From positions 2,432,001-2,496,000 of the forward strand of contig OZ244653.1 of assembly GCA_965218795.1 (NCBI GenBank): a stretch of DNA of 64,000 nucleotides, given 5' to 3'. The notes under the pieces were generated by a model, which saw nothing but the letters and a program-made list of their open reading frames with translations, searched no databases and was not told the origin of the DNA. The translations under genes were made by a program, and so were the position numbers. Origin of the DNA: a bacterium (lineage in GTDB: Bacteria; UBA8248; JACPRG01; G963555815). Every line of letters begins with the position of its first letter. The first letter of the stretch is position 1. Positions 50,431 to 61,459 of the stretch are shown here, one piece after another.

Positions 50431-51623
50431 TGAGGTGGTCCCAGAAGATCGGACAGTTTGCTAAGGTGTATTCCACCGCCTGAGGGAGGGATACGCAATG
50501 ACCACACGACGGCGGTTCACGGGGGAGTTCAAGGCGAAGGTAGCGCTGGAAGCACTGCGCGGGGACAAGACGGTCCATGAGATCGCGACGCGGCACAAGG
50601 TTCATCCGAACCAAGTGAGCGCCTGGAAGCAGCGGGCGGTGGAGGGGCTGAGCGAGGTATTCTCCAAGGGAGCGGAGTCGAGGGGACCACGAGGCGGATA
50701 TCCGGGACCTGCACGCGAAGATCGGGGAGTTGACAGTGGAGCGGGATTTTTTGTCCAAAAGGGCTCAAGTGGTGAGCCGGGAGGGACGCAGGGCCATGAT
50801 CCGTCGCGACCATCCCAAGCTCAGCTTGAGCCGTCAATGCCGCTTGCTCTCCATCAGCCGATCCTCGCTGTATCACACGCCGCAGGGCGAGAGTGCGCAG
50901 AACCTGGCGTTGATGCGGCGGATCGATGAATTGTTTCTGAACTACCCGTTCTACGGCAGCCGCCAGATGGTCCGTCATCTGCGGCGGGATGGAGTCCGTG
51001 TCGGTCGTCACCGGGTACGCCGGCTGATGCGGCTGATGGGCCTACAGGCCATCTACCAAGCGCCGAGAACCACCAGACCACATCCCGAACACCGGGTTTA
51101 TCCCTATCTTCTCAAGGGACTCGCCATCGACCGGCCCAATCAGGTCTGGACGGCTGATATCACCTACATCCCCGTCCAGCGCGGCTTCTTGTACCTGGTA
51201 GCCGTCATGGACTGGGCCACCCGCCGAGTGCTCGCTTGGCGGCTGTCCAACACCCTGGATGCCCGCTTCTGCGTCGAAGCCCTGACTGAAGCCCTGGAGC
51301 GCTACGGCCGGCCTCGGATCTTCAATACCGACCAAGGCAGCCAGTTCACCAGCCTCGCGTTCACCGCGCGACCCTCCAAGACGCCGGCGTCGCCATCTCC
51401 ATGGACGGCAGGGGGCCGGTGCATGGACAACATCTTCATCGAGCGCCTCTGGCGTTCGCTCAAATACGAGGCCGTCTACCTGCACGAGCTCACCGACGGC
51501 TTCGCAGCCCAACGGGTTATCTCCCGATGGATGGCCTTTTATGATACCCAAAGGCCTCACTCCGCCCTGGCGGACTCCACCCCGGCCGAGAACCATCACT
51601 TGAGGACAAGTACCGGGCCATAG
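50431..51623 (+). mobile_element. IS3-family element, frameshifted, right end missing here
   Basis: IRL TGAGGTGGTCCCAG; RRRFTGEFKAKVALEA; WTADITY, NTDQGSQFTS, DNIFIERLWRSLKYE; extra frameshifts ~50680 and ~51370-51415. Confidence 0.93.
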
Positions 51624-52029
51624 CGAACATCTCACGGAAAGAGAGAAGTCCCCCGCCCATTCACCGGTCTTGGGGAGCTACCCCGAGACGGAAGATAGCT
51701 ATTGTATTTAGCGGGTAACCCGACAAAGCGGGACCCAAAAGGATGTTCGCTTGAGAGAAAGTCTGGATCAAGGTGGAGAGGCGGGTCAATCAGATTTCTT
51801 GTTCTTCTTAGTGGGCTTGTCGTCTGTACGTTGCTTCCTGAACTGAATGCGCTTGACCGGATGGGTCGAAACAAGCGAATTTGTCACTTCATCGAACTTG
51901 CCGAAAAGAGGATTTTCCGTGGCCGGATTGTCGTCTGACTGGGGCGGAGCCTTGCGTTTCATGATGCCCCTAATAGGAGGGTAGACAGGGTGCGTTCAAT
52001 TTCATCGAGACGGACTCGAATTCTTTTCC

Positions 52030-52400
52030 CTAAAAAAAGCCCGCCATGAGAAAAGCGGGCAGACTCACTCCGATTCCGTAATCCTCATACAGCGACGCTG
52101 CGACCGAGAAACTCCCCGCCGCATGAAACGAGGGAAAGGAGAGATGGTTTGAACCGGCCGGCCGCTCCCGCCGGGTGACTCCCTTGAGGACCGCCGTTCC
52201 CTCCCCGGCCAGCGAAAGGGACTCCAGCGCCACCTCCCCCACCTTGCGAACCCGGGGCGCGCGAAGCGAATCTCCCAGAAGATAGGTCGTGCCCGCCAGG
52301 GTCAAGGCCACGAGAGTCTCAACGTTCCACAGCCCCCGGGGCCCTCCGATGAGGTGCCGGAGGAAAGTTTCAGCCAGATAACTGTATTGTCGCTGCGACC
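52030..52400 (-). pseudogene. PAP2-family phosphatase fragment
   Basis: LKGVTRRERP, SFPSFH; stops before the third (SR...H) motif. Confidence 0.7.
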
Positions 52401-52793
52401 AGGAGGGCTCTTCGGGGCTGGAGGTGGACAGGGGTACGCTTTTGTCCGCCTGGGCGGTTATCCAACCGCTGGGCGCCGTGCTCCTCCAGTTCCGCACTCA
52501 TGGCAAGAGGCTGCCCGCAAATCACTCCAGTCAACAATAGGCCGAGCCACCGAAGGAAGAATAACCGGCGTTTTGCCTTTAGGAGCGCCCCTCATGCCGG
52601 CCCCGTCGAGTGAGCGGGAAATGATTTCCGAAGATAGCACGTCGCGAGAAAGGATCAAGCTGCAACGCTCCGGATATCGAGCCGTACGACTCGGGCGTCA
52701 TTTCAATCGCGGCGGATGAGAGCGGGGGCGGACCGGGGTCGCAAGAACGCCGTTGCTCTCTCTTCAACGATGAGAATCATGAAAGCGGCGTGG

Positions 52794-54159
52794 TCAACCC
52801 CCGAATACGTCCGGGAATTTCTCGCGTATGGCCCGGAGGTCTTCAGGGTCGGCGGCGGCCACAGGAGGGAAGTCTTCGATCCACTCGAAGGGACGGCAGG
52901 CGTCGATGATCGCGCGGGAGCTTTTTGGAACCTTCTTATCGGGGTTCAGCGGGTCGGCGGGGCTCCCCCACGCCCGCCGGATGAAGTCGATATCCTCAGA
53001 GGGATCCGACCGGGTGCACATGGCCCAGACCACTTCCTTCAGGTCGGTGGGGTCGATGTCCTCGTCCACCACGATGACGTAGCGGCCCATGTAAGCCCCG
53101 GCGTGACATTGGGACGCCACAAATCCCGCCATCCGCGCGTGTCCCAGAAACTGTTGCTTGATGGATACAGTGATCCACAGCCGCCCGCCGCCCGCCTCGT
53201 CGCACCACACCCTCTGGACCGGGGGGAGAACCCAGGAGGATCGGGTCGTTGCGATGAAGGACGGCCTCCACCTTCACGAGAAACGCCGGGTACTCGCTGC
53301 CCGAGTAATAGCCATGCCATTCGCCGAACGGGCCGTCGGTGGTCCGCTTGTCTTCCTCCAGAAATCCTTCGAGGACGATCTCGGCGGCGGCGGGAACCGG
53401 CAGGCCCGTCACCTCTCCTTCCACCACCGGATACCGTCCGCCGATGACAGCCCCCGCGTAATTCAGCTCGCTCACACCGGTGGGGACTTCGATCCCGGAC
53501 AGAATGGCCAACAGAGGATCGTGGCCAACGGTTACGGCCACCGGGCAACGTTCGCCGCGGGCAAAGTGCTTCTTTGCGAATTGAATCCCGTGCTTGCCGG
53601 GGATGATCATCACCGAGATGTGCCGCTTGTCGACAACCTGGACTCGATAGGCTCCCAGGTTCACGACCCCCGTCTCGGGGTCGCGGAGCAGAACGGCGTC
53701 TCCGGTTCCGATGAAGCGTCCGCCGTCGCGCTTGTGCCAGAAGGGGGTGGGGAAACGGTCAAGGTCGATCTGATCGCCCAGGAGGACGTTTTCCTTGACG
53801 GGGCCGTCCGGAAGGAGCTCGGGCGAGAGTTCCGGCGCCCTGGCTTCCCACTCGATAGGCTTGCCTCGCAGGGCCTGGACGAGACCGGCACTGGTGAATT
53901 CGCTTCCCATCCGAAGGGCGATACCCAGCCGCCGCGGTGAGTTGGAAGCGCCCGTCAGGACCCGGAACCCTTTGGGGTAGTCCGGAATTTCGTCAAACAG
54001 CAGGGCCGGGCTGCGGGCCTGACGGTAATTCGCCTCCGATAACGAGCCGATTTCCAGATTCCAATGTGCGCCTCGGACGGTCTTCAACTCTCCCAGCGCG
54101 TCCACGACGTTCAGCCAGTCCCTCAAATCCGTGATTTCAGCAAGTCCGGCCCGTTCCAT
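52794..54159 (-). pseudogene. UbiD-family decarboxylase with internal deletion/frameshift near 53220
   Basis: WNLEIG, DGGRFIGTG, NLGAYR, DGPFGEWHGYY, LGSPP | VWCDEAGG...VVDEDIDP...WAMCTRSDP in another frame. Confidence 0.88.
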
Positions 54160-54239
54160 ACATCGGTTCCCAATGATCGAGAGTTGACGTGACCCGTATC
54201 AGCCACTCCAGTGACCCACTGGATAGTTCCCTTTTTTGG

Positions 54240-55865
54240 TTACTTCAATCCGCTTAGGCGCTCTTCCAGGCTCACGGGGTTCCACCAGGGAGCCATCCCC
54301 AGGTCCTCGGCGACGACTTTGGCCGCGTTGAACCCCGGCCCGCCGGTGATATTCCCGCCCGGATGCATGCAAGAGCCGCACATGAAAAGACCCTCGATCG
54401 GCGTCCGGTATCCGGAGAGTTCGGGTATCGGCCGATTGTCATAGAACTGATCGGCGTTCAGGTGGCCCTCCATCCAGTCCCCGCCGACCATCGTCGTCAC
54501 GTGGTTCTCGATATCCAATGGAGACTGGCCGAATTTGTTGACGATGACTCCCGGATTCTTGAGGTTCGGAGCGAGCTCGGCCCATCGGTCATGAAGCGCG
54601 TCCAGGAACTCGTCCTGGATCTTCAGCCACTTCCGGGGACCGCCGTCGACCACATAGGGAGCCAGCTGCCACATGAAGGCTGTGTGCTTGCCGGGCGGCG
54701 CCTGGCTCGGATCGAACACGCTCGGCGTCGTCCCGTTGAAGAAAAGTTTTTTCGGCAGACGGCCTTCGTCGTGGGCGTGATGAAGCTCGTTCATGTCCTC
54801 CCGGCTGTCCAGCCCGACCACCGTGAGGAGGATCCGGCCGGCGTCGGGCTCATGCTTTTCCGCCGTATAGACGGGCCGCTCGTTGAGGGCCAGGTTGATG
54901 GAAAAAATCGGACCGATGGGACCGTATTCAAAGCCCCGGGTCCGCTCTGTCAGACCGGGGTCCGCATGGCCGGGATCGATGAGGTTGACGAAGGTCTGGG
55001 CGGGCCCGGTGCTGGTCGCGATGAACCGCCGGGCCTTGATCCGCAGCTCGGTCTTGAGTTCGACCCCGGTCGCGCGGCTCCCCTCCACGAGGATGCGCGT
55101 CACCTCCCGCCCCTCCACAACGTCGGCCCCGGCGGCGAGGGCGCTGGCGTCCAGGGCGTGGGCGAGGCGATGCGACGTCCCCCGCGCCATTTGTAGGTTC
55201 ACCCCCGTCGCAATCATGTGGGGGATGAGCCAGCCCAGCCTTTCCGACCACGTATCGTAGCCGCGGATGTCTCCCAGGTAGAGCAGGAAAGCCCGCACGG
55301 GATCGCTCTCGAAAAGGTCGCACACCACGTCATCGCACGACTTGTCGGCGAATTCCAGAAACTCGCGGCCATCCTCGCTGGTCTTGAGGAGCGATTTCAG
55401 GTTGTCCCACCCGATGGGCGGGTGGTAGGTCATGGGCTCCGAGACGTTCCGCACGACGGACTGCCAGCGGTGATGAATCTCTTCCCAGGCGTGGGCGTCG
55501 CGGGAAGAAAATTTCTCAATCGACTTCTTCGTCTTCTCGATGTCGGTGTAGAGAAGGATGCAGCGCTCATCGCTCATCAGCATCCCGCAGCCGACCTCGG
55601 GACGAATGTACTCGACGTCGTAATTTCCGACTTCCAGGTCACGCCACCAGGGAAGGTTCATCAGGTTGCGGTGGAAGAAGGAATGCATGTTGTGGAGGAA
55701 ACCAGGATAGTGCGGGTCGACGTGGGTATCCAGGCCCCCGCCCTGCTCCAGATAGCGCTCCAGAACGACCACCTCCAGCCCCGCCCGCGCCATGTATCCG
55801 GCCAGGATGAGACCATTGTGTCCCGCCCCGACGATGATCGCGTCGTATTCGTTTCTCAACGCCAT
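54240..55865 (-). CDS. Phytoene desaturase-family FAD oxidoreductase
   Basis: VGAGHNGL, DPSQAPPGKH, YRTPIEGLFMCGSCMHPGG. Confidence 0.93.
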   Translation of the reverse strand: MALRNEYDAIIVGAGHNGLILAGYMARAGLEVVVLERYLEQGGGLDTHVDPHYPGFLHNMHSFFHRNLMNLPWWRDLEVGNYDVEYIRPEVGCGMLMSDERCILLYTDIEKTKKSIEKFSSRDAHAWEEIHHRWQSVVRNVSEPMTYHPPIGWDNLKSLLKTSEDGREFLEFADKSCDDVVCDLFESDPVRAFLLYLGDIRGYDTWSERLGWLIPHMIATGVNLQMARGTSHRLAHALDASALAAGADVVEGREVTRILVEGSRATGVELKTELRIKARRFIATSTGPAQTFVNLIDPGHADPGLTERTRGFEYGPIGPIFSINLALNERPVYTAEKHEPDAGRILLTVVGLDSREDMNELHHAHDEGRLPKKLFFNGTTPSVFDPSQAPPGKHTAFMWQLAPYVVDGGPRKWLKIQDEFLDALHDRWAELAPNLKNPGVIVNKFGQSPLDIENHVTTMVGGDWMEGHLNADQFYDNRPIPELSGYRTPIEGLFMCGSCMHPGGNITGGPGFNAAKVVAEDLGMAPWWNPVSLEERLSGLK

Positions 55866-56063
55866 GGATGCACCCTTGCGAAGCGTATTGTGGATCCGGG
55901 GGATTTCACTCCTGTCTTGCGTGCGGCCACCGGGGACCGCGTCGGGTGCATGAGTCTCTCAGGGCGGGTACGGGGCCCCGCTCCCTACATTTCAATTCAC
56001 CGATTCAGGAGCACGATGCAAAGGCCGGGATCCGTACCGGACTGAGCCGCCGAGCAAACAAAC

Positions 56064-56282
56064 CTAACCTTCCAGTTGACCGATCATCGTTCGCAGTTCC
56101 ACGACTTCAATGGGGCAGTCGGCCCAATCATGCTCCCAGCAAACGATCAGATCGCATTGGGATGGGTCGTGGCCGTGGTCACGAAAATTGCTGCTGCGAT
56201 ACTCGAATTCAATCCGGACCTTCTGCCAGCGATCCCGCTTCTCATCGACGCATCGTTTGGCTTCGCAATCGGGAAAAGCCGC
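56064..56282 (-). pseudogene. PD-(D/E)xK-like nuclease C-terminal fragment
   Basis: Not in ORF track: AFPDCEAKRC...VRIEFEYRSSNFRDHGHDPSQCDLIVCWEHDWADCPIEVVELR...*; no start codon. Confidence 0.7.
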
Positions 56283-57872
56283 TCACTCCCCCTTTGCCCA
56301 CCACTTCGGAATCTCCAGGTCCTCCGCGACAACGTTGACCGTGTGATAGGCCGTCGCGCCGACGACTCCGCCGCCGGGGTGGACGCAGGAACCGCAATAG
56401 TATAGTCCCTCGATGGGGGTCCTGTACCCGGCAAGCTCCGGAACGGAAGAAAAGTACTCGCCCCTCCGGTAGATGATCTCCCCCATATGAACCGCGCCCT
56501 TGTCGAGGTTCCCGACGTGCCGCTCGATGTCGGCGGGGGACATGACCTGCGCGTCCAGGATGTTTCCCCGGCTCAAATCGACGACCTGTCTGAAACGCTC
56601 GACCGCCGCGTCACGAAATGAATTCTTGACGTCATCCCACCCGTCGACTCCGCGATCGCCCGCCCGATACGGAACCGGAGCCCACAATACAACGGTATTT
56701 CCGCCGTCCGGGGCATGGAGTGAATCGTAGACCGTGGGGATGCCGGCCGAAAGACAGACCGGCTCCGGCAGCCTGCCTTGGTCCACCGCGGCCCACAGTT
56801 CCGTCCACCCTTCGGGGGACTGCGGCCCCAAGTCCACTTTGGACGTCCGCGTCAATTCAGCCGGGCGGCCCTTGTAGGAAACCGACCCCTCCAGGGCGAG
56901 GTGAATGCTCAATATCCCGAAGGGCGCGGAATGAAACGCGCCGATGCCCTCCGCCAGCCCTGAAGGCAGATGGTCCTTCCCGACCAGCTCAAGAAATACT
57001 TCCTCCAGCCCCAGAGCTCCGATGACGCATTTTCGGGCGTTGAGACGCGTTCCGTCGGCCAGCTCGACCCCTGTCGCCCGTCCGTTCTCCACAACGATCC
57101 GGCGAACATCGCAAACCGTCCTGGTCTCCCCTCCAGCGGCCACCATGGCCCGCCACAAGGCGTGGGCCATGACGTGCGGGCCGCCCTCGATCAGGAGCAT
57201 CATCGATTCGGCCTGCGCCACGGCCAAAAGAATCACATGACCCAGCCCGGGGACGTCATCCCGCAGACCCCGCGTGACGGGAAGCTGGTTGAGATAGAAG
57301 GTCCGGACGACCGGATCGTCAAAAAGCCGTTCGGCGGCATCGCGTGCCGTCAGCTCGCGGAATTCGCTGACTTCCCGGGCCTCCGGCGAATCTCCAAGCC
57401 CGGCCGCCGGGTCTGAGCCGTTCCCGTCGTTCCGCGGCCCTCCGTACAGGGCGGGAATCACCTGCTCCCGAAGGAAGCGACCCAACCGCCGGTTCACCTC
57501 GCGGACCGTGTCGCCGTCCTTCGCCGAAACGGCGGCAATGGAATCGGCCGTTTTCTCCGGATTCAGCCAGCCGATCAGGGTCCGGCCATCCTCGAGCAGA
57601 AGCGCGTTTTGGGGGTCGGGGGTGACATAATCCGCGTGAAACCGCTCGAAACCGAGATCGCGGAACGGGGGCAGCCGGTCGACGCCCAAGTGGTAATAGG
57701 AATGCAGGTTGTGCCAATAGCCGGGGTAGGCGAACGATTCGGTGCACATGTCGCCGCCGACCTCCAGACCCTTTTCGAGGATCACCACATCCAGCCCCGC
57801 CCGGGCCAGATACGTCGCGGTCATCATGCCGGCATGGCCGGCGCCTACAACAATGACATCGTAATCGGCCAC
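56283..57872 (-). CDS. Phytoene desaturase-family FAD oxidoreductase (second paralogue)
   Basis: VGAGHAG, YRTPIEGLYYCGSCVHPGGG; GTG start after GGAGG. Confidence 0.92.
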   Translation of the reverse strand: MADYDVIVVGAGHAGMMTATYLARAGLDVVILEKGLEVGGDMCTESFAYPGYWHNLHSYYHLGVDRLPPFRDLGFERFHADYVTPDPQNALLLEDGRTLIGWLNPEKTADSIAAVSAKDGDTVREVNRRLGRFLREQVIPALYGGPRNDGNGSDPAAGLGDSPEAREVSEFRELTARDAAERLFDDPVVRTFYLNQLPVTRGLRDDVPGLGHVILLAVAQAESMMLLIEGGPHVMAHALWRAMVAAGGETRTVCDVRRIVVENGRATGVELADGTRLNARKCVIGALGLEEVFLELVGKDHLPSGLAEGIGAFHSAPFGILSIHLALEGSVSYKGRPAELTRTSKVDLGPQSPEGWTELWAAVDQGRLPEPVCLSAGIPTVYDSLHAPDGGNTVVLWAPVPYRAGDRGVDGWDDVKNSFRDAAVERFRQVVDLSRGNILDAQVMSPADIERHVGNLDKGAVHMGEIIYRRGEYFSSVPELAGYRTPIEGLYYCGSCVHPGGGVVGATAYHTVNVVAEDLEIPKWWAKGE

Positions 57873-57959
57873 GTCTTCCTCCGTTTTCAAATGGTTTCCC
57901 GGGGAACCCCTCTTTAGGCACTGGCGTGCCGGCCATTTCGTGGATGAGATGAGGCGGGG

Positions 57960-58113
57960 GTGCTTTTGGGGACAACGCGCCTCCGCGTTTTCGCGGCGTC
58001 TGCTCGGCACCGCAGTCGGGCTGAACGATGGAATCGTAGATGATATCAACCCTGATGCCCGGCGAAATCGAAGCAGGCCGTGCCTGCCCTCCTGGCTCCC
58101 CTGAAAAACTTCT
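57960..58113. repeat. ~150-nt structured intergenic repeat, copy 1 (copy 2 at 62939..63087)
   Basis: Shared CAACGCGCCTCCGCGTTTTCGCGGCG...AACCCTGATGCCCGGCGAAA.CGAAGCAGGCCGTGCCTGCCC. Confidence 0.9.
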
Positions 58114-58118
58114 GTTCC

Positions 58119-58156
58119 GCGAAAGGGCGCGGCCCTGCCGGGCCGCGCCCTTTCGC
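58119..58156. terminator. Perfect 17-bp hairpin downstream of the SDR gene
   Basis: GCGAAAGGGCGCGGCCC-TGCC-GGGCCGCGCCCTTTCGC; no clear U-tract. Confidence 0.5.
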
Positions 58157-58278
58157 ATAAAGCTGGTCTATTGGCCAGATGCCGGAGCCTACGCCATCGG
58201 TTCGGCGTGCGCCGCGAAGCCCCCCCCGCAGGACCACCAGTTCCGGCCCCCCAAAAGCGCCCCCGCCTGTCAACACGG

Positions 58279-59055
58279 TTATACGAATACGTCGCCTCCG
58301 TTGACCAACAGGGTCTGGCCCGTCATGAATGCGCTCGCGTCCGAGCCCAGGAAGACCACGGCGCCCACCAGATCCTCCGGCTGCTGATGACGCTGCAGGG
58401 ATCGAGTGCCGATGATCCGGGCCTCCATACCCTTCCACCACTCGGCCTTGTCCGGGTCTTCCATGAGACGAACGTTCGCCTCGCTCATCGTGAATCCGGG
58501 TCCGATGGCATTGACCCGGATGCTGGATTCCCCCAACTCTCGGGCCGCCGCCCGAGTCATCCCGATCACGGCGCCTTTGGACGACACATAGTGGAGGAAA
58601 CCCGGAACTCCTTTGTGGACGGTGTCCGATGCAAAGTTGATGATAGAGCCGCCGCCGCTCTTCCGCATGAAGGGAGCGGCGGCCTTCATGCACAGGAAGA
58701 CCCCCCGGACGTTGACGGCCATCACCCGGTCCCATTCGTCGACGGGGATGTCTTCGAAGCGCTGATCGCGCTTGAGATTGGCAAAAAGCGCCGCATTGTT
58801 CACCAGAACGTCGAGCCGGCCAAATTCCGTCTCAACGCCTTTCATCATCGCATTCACCGCGGACTCGTCGGACACATCGGTTGAAAAAGCCTTTGCGCGG
58901 CCTCCCGACTGGACAATCTCCTCGGCGGCGGGTCCGGCGTCCTGCACGTCAACCAGGCCCACGGCCGCCCCGGCATCCGCCAGGCCTGCGGCCAACGCCT
59001 TGCCAATCCCCTGCGCGCTTCCCGTGACGACGGCCACCCGGCCCTCAAGGTTCAT
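58279..59055 (-). CDS. SDR-family oxidoreductase
   Basis: TGSAQGIG, VNNAA, YVSSK, TGQTLLVNGG. Confidence 0.95.
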   Translation of the reverse strand: MNLEGRVAVVTGSAQGIGKALAAGLADAGAAVGLVDVQDAGPAAEEIVQSGGRAKAFSTDVSDESAVNAMMKGVETEFGRLDVLVNNAALFANLKRDQRFEDIPVDEWDRVMAVNVRGVFLCMKAAAPFMRKSGGGSIINFASDTVHKGVPGFLHYVSSKGAVIGMTRAAARELGESSIRVNAIGPGFTMSEANVRLMEDPDKAEWWKGMEARIIGTRSLQRHQQPEDLVGAVVFLGSDASAFMTGQTLLVNGGDVFV

Positions 59056-59182
59056 CTTTCCTCCTCCGCGCTTCCCTTACTGACAGACAGTGACTCTTCC
59101 GCCGAACAATCCATGGGTCATCCTGATGAACAAAATATGGGATGCCGGACGCGGCGACCGTCGTTTTGACGGATTCCGGGAC

Positions 59183-60640
59183 TCAGCCCACCCACCGCTT
59201 GAAATCTTCGGGTGAGAGATAGTCCTCCAAAGGGGTTTCCTGGAAACGGGCCCGCATGAACAGGGGTGGGATCCCCTCCTTCTCGATGGTTTTGTACTTC
59301 CAGGGGATCGTGGCGTCAACGATCATCTTCGCTTTGACGACCGAATCCCCCGGAATGAGGGAGCGTACCCCGGCGATGGGATTGTTGCGGTGGGTCTTGG
59401 CCTCGGGCAGGACGTGGACCTGCTCTTTGGGGTTGCAGCGGGTCGTGACGGCCCAATCGATGGCGTCCATGTCGTAGAGGTCCACGTCCTCGTCGACCAG
59501 CGTGACCGTCTCCAGGTACACGGAAAAGCCAAACGCCGCCAGGGCCACCTGGATCTGCTGCCCTTCACGATCCGGCGTATCCTTTTTGAGCTGGATGATG
59601 CCGTGGTGCCAATGGGCGGAGCCGCGCGTGAGCGCCGCATCCAAAACGAAGGTGGGCTCAATCGCCTTGACGTACCGGTAAAAGGCCACGTCGTTGGAGA
59701 TCCGGATGTTGTAGTTCTCTTTCGTTCCCGGAACAATGTTGTAGCTCATGGGCCGGGAACAATGCGTCACGCCTGTGATCCGGAAAATCGGCTTGCGCTG
59801 GGGAATGCTCAGATACTTCAGGAACTCGGGCCATGGCCCTTCCCATTCCTCATCGTAAGGGGGCTCGACGACACCCTCGAGGACGATGTTCGCCGAGGCC
59901 GGCACCTCCAGGTCGATCGTCTTGCACTTGACGAGCTCGATGCGTTCCCCCTTGAGCGAACCCGCCAGGGCAAACTCCTCCTGACCGAACGGCAGCTTGG
60001 TGACGGCGGACAGGTAGATCTCGGCATCCATGCCGAAGATGAGCGCAACGGGAAACGGCTCGTTCCGCTCTCTGGCCTTCCGGAAGTGCATGCCGATGTG
60101 GGCCTCGGGCCTGATGTTGATGACCGTCCGGTTGTCGTCGAGGATCATGTTCCGGTAGACGCCCATGTTCCGCTCGCCGGTGTCCGGGTCCTTGGTCACC
60201 ACGGCCGCCTGGAAGTACTTGCCGCCGTCGTCCAGGGAGGCTTGGATGGAGGGGGTGAAGGCCAGGGCATCGAAGTTTTCGACGTGGACGACTTCCTGGC
60301 AGGGTCCGTCGGAAACGACCACGGGCGCCATCCGGCCCTCCAGGGCGCCTTCCATCGCAGCCAGGTACGCATGCTTGAATTCCAGCGGGTCGTCGGGCAT
60401 CCCCAAGAGCCGCCTGACCCTTGCGCGCTCGCTGAAGAGAGTCCCGCCCACGGGCATGGAGTAACCCTTCACATTTCGGAACATCACGCCCGGGGTGTAG
60501 CGGAGACCGTCGAGCTTCATGAAGATGCCGGCGAGTTCGTGCACGCTGTCCACTTCGCGCTCGATGACGGCGACCTCCCCTTCATCGATCAATCGCTGGA
60601 AGGCGGCGCCGATGCCCACGGCGGTCTGGATACGTGTCAT
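59183..60640 (-). CDS. UbiD-family prFMN-dependent (de)carboxylase
   Basis: DGGKY, NMGVYR, VPASANIVLEG, EGPWPEF, VDEDVD, WAVTTR. Confidence 0.92.
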   Translation of the reverse strand: MTRIQTAVGIGAAFQRLIDEGEVAVIEREVDSVHELAGIFMKLDGLRYTPGVMFRNVKGYSMPVGGTLFSERARVRRLLGMPDDPLEFKHAYLAAMEGALEGRMAPVVVSDGPCQEVVHVENFDALAFTPSIQASLDDGGKYFQAAVVTKDPDTGERNMGVYRNMILDDNRTVINIRPEAHIGMHFRKARERNEPFPVALIFGMDAEIYLSAVTKLPFGQEEFALAGSLKGERIELVKCKTIDLEVPASANIVLEGVVEPPYDEEWEGPWPEFLKYLSIPQRKPIFRITGVTHCSRPMSYNIVPGTKENYNIRISNDVAFYRYVKAIEPTFVLDAALTRGSAHWHHGIIQLKKDTPDREGQQIQVALAAFGFSVYLETVTLVDEDVDLYDMDAIDWAVTTRCNPKEQVHVLPEAKTHRNNPIAGVRSLIPGDSVVKAKMIVDATIPWKYKTIEKEGIPPLFMRARFQETPLEDYLSPEDFKRWVG

Positions 60641-60864
60641 ATCAACCGCTCCATGAAATACAATCGTCCGGACAGGAGGAGAACGTTTTGGACATACCCA
60701 GGACCGTTGATCCGGATGGACCGAATCACGGAGGGACGGCCCCCGGAAACAATCCGGAAAAACGGGCTGGCTTGAAGGATTTCAGCTTCTTTCTAACATG
60801 CGGGGGGCAGGAGAAACAAGTTGAAGGGCGGTTGGGGAATGACCGTGAAGCCAGTGATCCGGCC

Positions 60865-61270
60865 CGCCGGGGTGTACCAAAACCGGAAATCCGCCTCATG
60901 GATTCCTGCGGGTCTGCCCCTGCATGGATTCCCGCCGCAGCCTGTCCCCGAATGCCTGCCTCGGGGGGGGCCAGGCTCTTGCCCAAACAAAAAACCCCGG
61001 CGGAGAATATCTCCCCCCACCGGGGCCTTCGGTTCAGATCATGGACCGAGTGTTTCTCTCATCTCACCGGTCCCAGTCACTTTCGTTCAACCTACGTATA
61101 ATATGAGGCCTCTTCCGCACCCTGTCAAGGAAATCTTTCGTTTTAATTTTGTTTTTTCAGGGTTTCGGGCGATCAAAAAAAATCCGCCAGGGTGTACCAA
61201 AACCGTGGATCCGCCCCGTGGATTCCCGTGGATCCGCCCCTGCATGGATTCCTGCTTGCGCAGGAATGAC
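60865..61270. repeat. Two copies of a ~70-bp REP/MITE-like unit (60865-60935, 61184-61270)
   Basis: CCGCC.GGGTGTACCAAAACCG...GCCCCTGCATGGATTCC; second copy ends in ATTCCTGC-TTGC-GCAGGAAT-GAC. Confidence 0.7.
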
Positions 61271-61379
61271 AAGCCTGCGCTCAGGCGGGGGTCATTAACG
61301 TCGAAGGAAAATAACGCGATGTTCCAACCCATTCACAATTATTTTTGATCCGCGACAATCACATCTTGAACAAGCCGCC

Positions 61380-61407
61380 AAGCTGTCCAAAACCTGGGAC
61401 CACCTCA
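61380..61407 (+). mobile_element. Orphan IS3-family right inverted repeat
   Basis: CTGGGACCACCTCA is the reverse complement of the first 14 nt of the IRL at 50431; CTGTCC also conserved. Confidence 0.8.
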
Positions 61408-61459
61408 TCGTTTCCCCTTTGAAAGATATCATTGGTTCGGGAAGATGCCTGGTTGTACA
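61408..61459 (-). mobile_element. Second IS481-family left-end remnant
   Basis: ATATCATTGGTTCGGGAAGATGCCT...GTACA matches 12357..12408. Confidence 0.8.

Noticed and set aside
54240-57872. Carotenoid biosynthesis (crtI/crtO)
   Set aside because: No crtB/crtE nearby; context is catabolic
60865-61270. CRISPR array
   Set aside because: Only two units ~320 bp apart; no regular spacers
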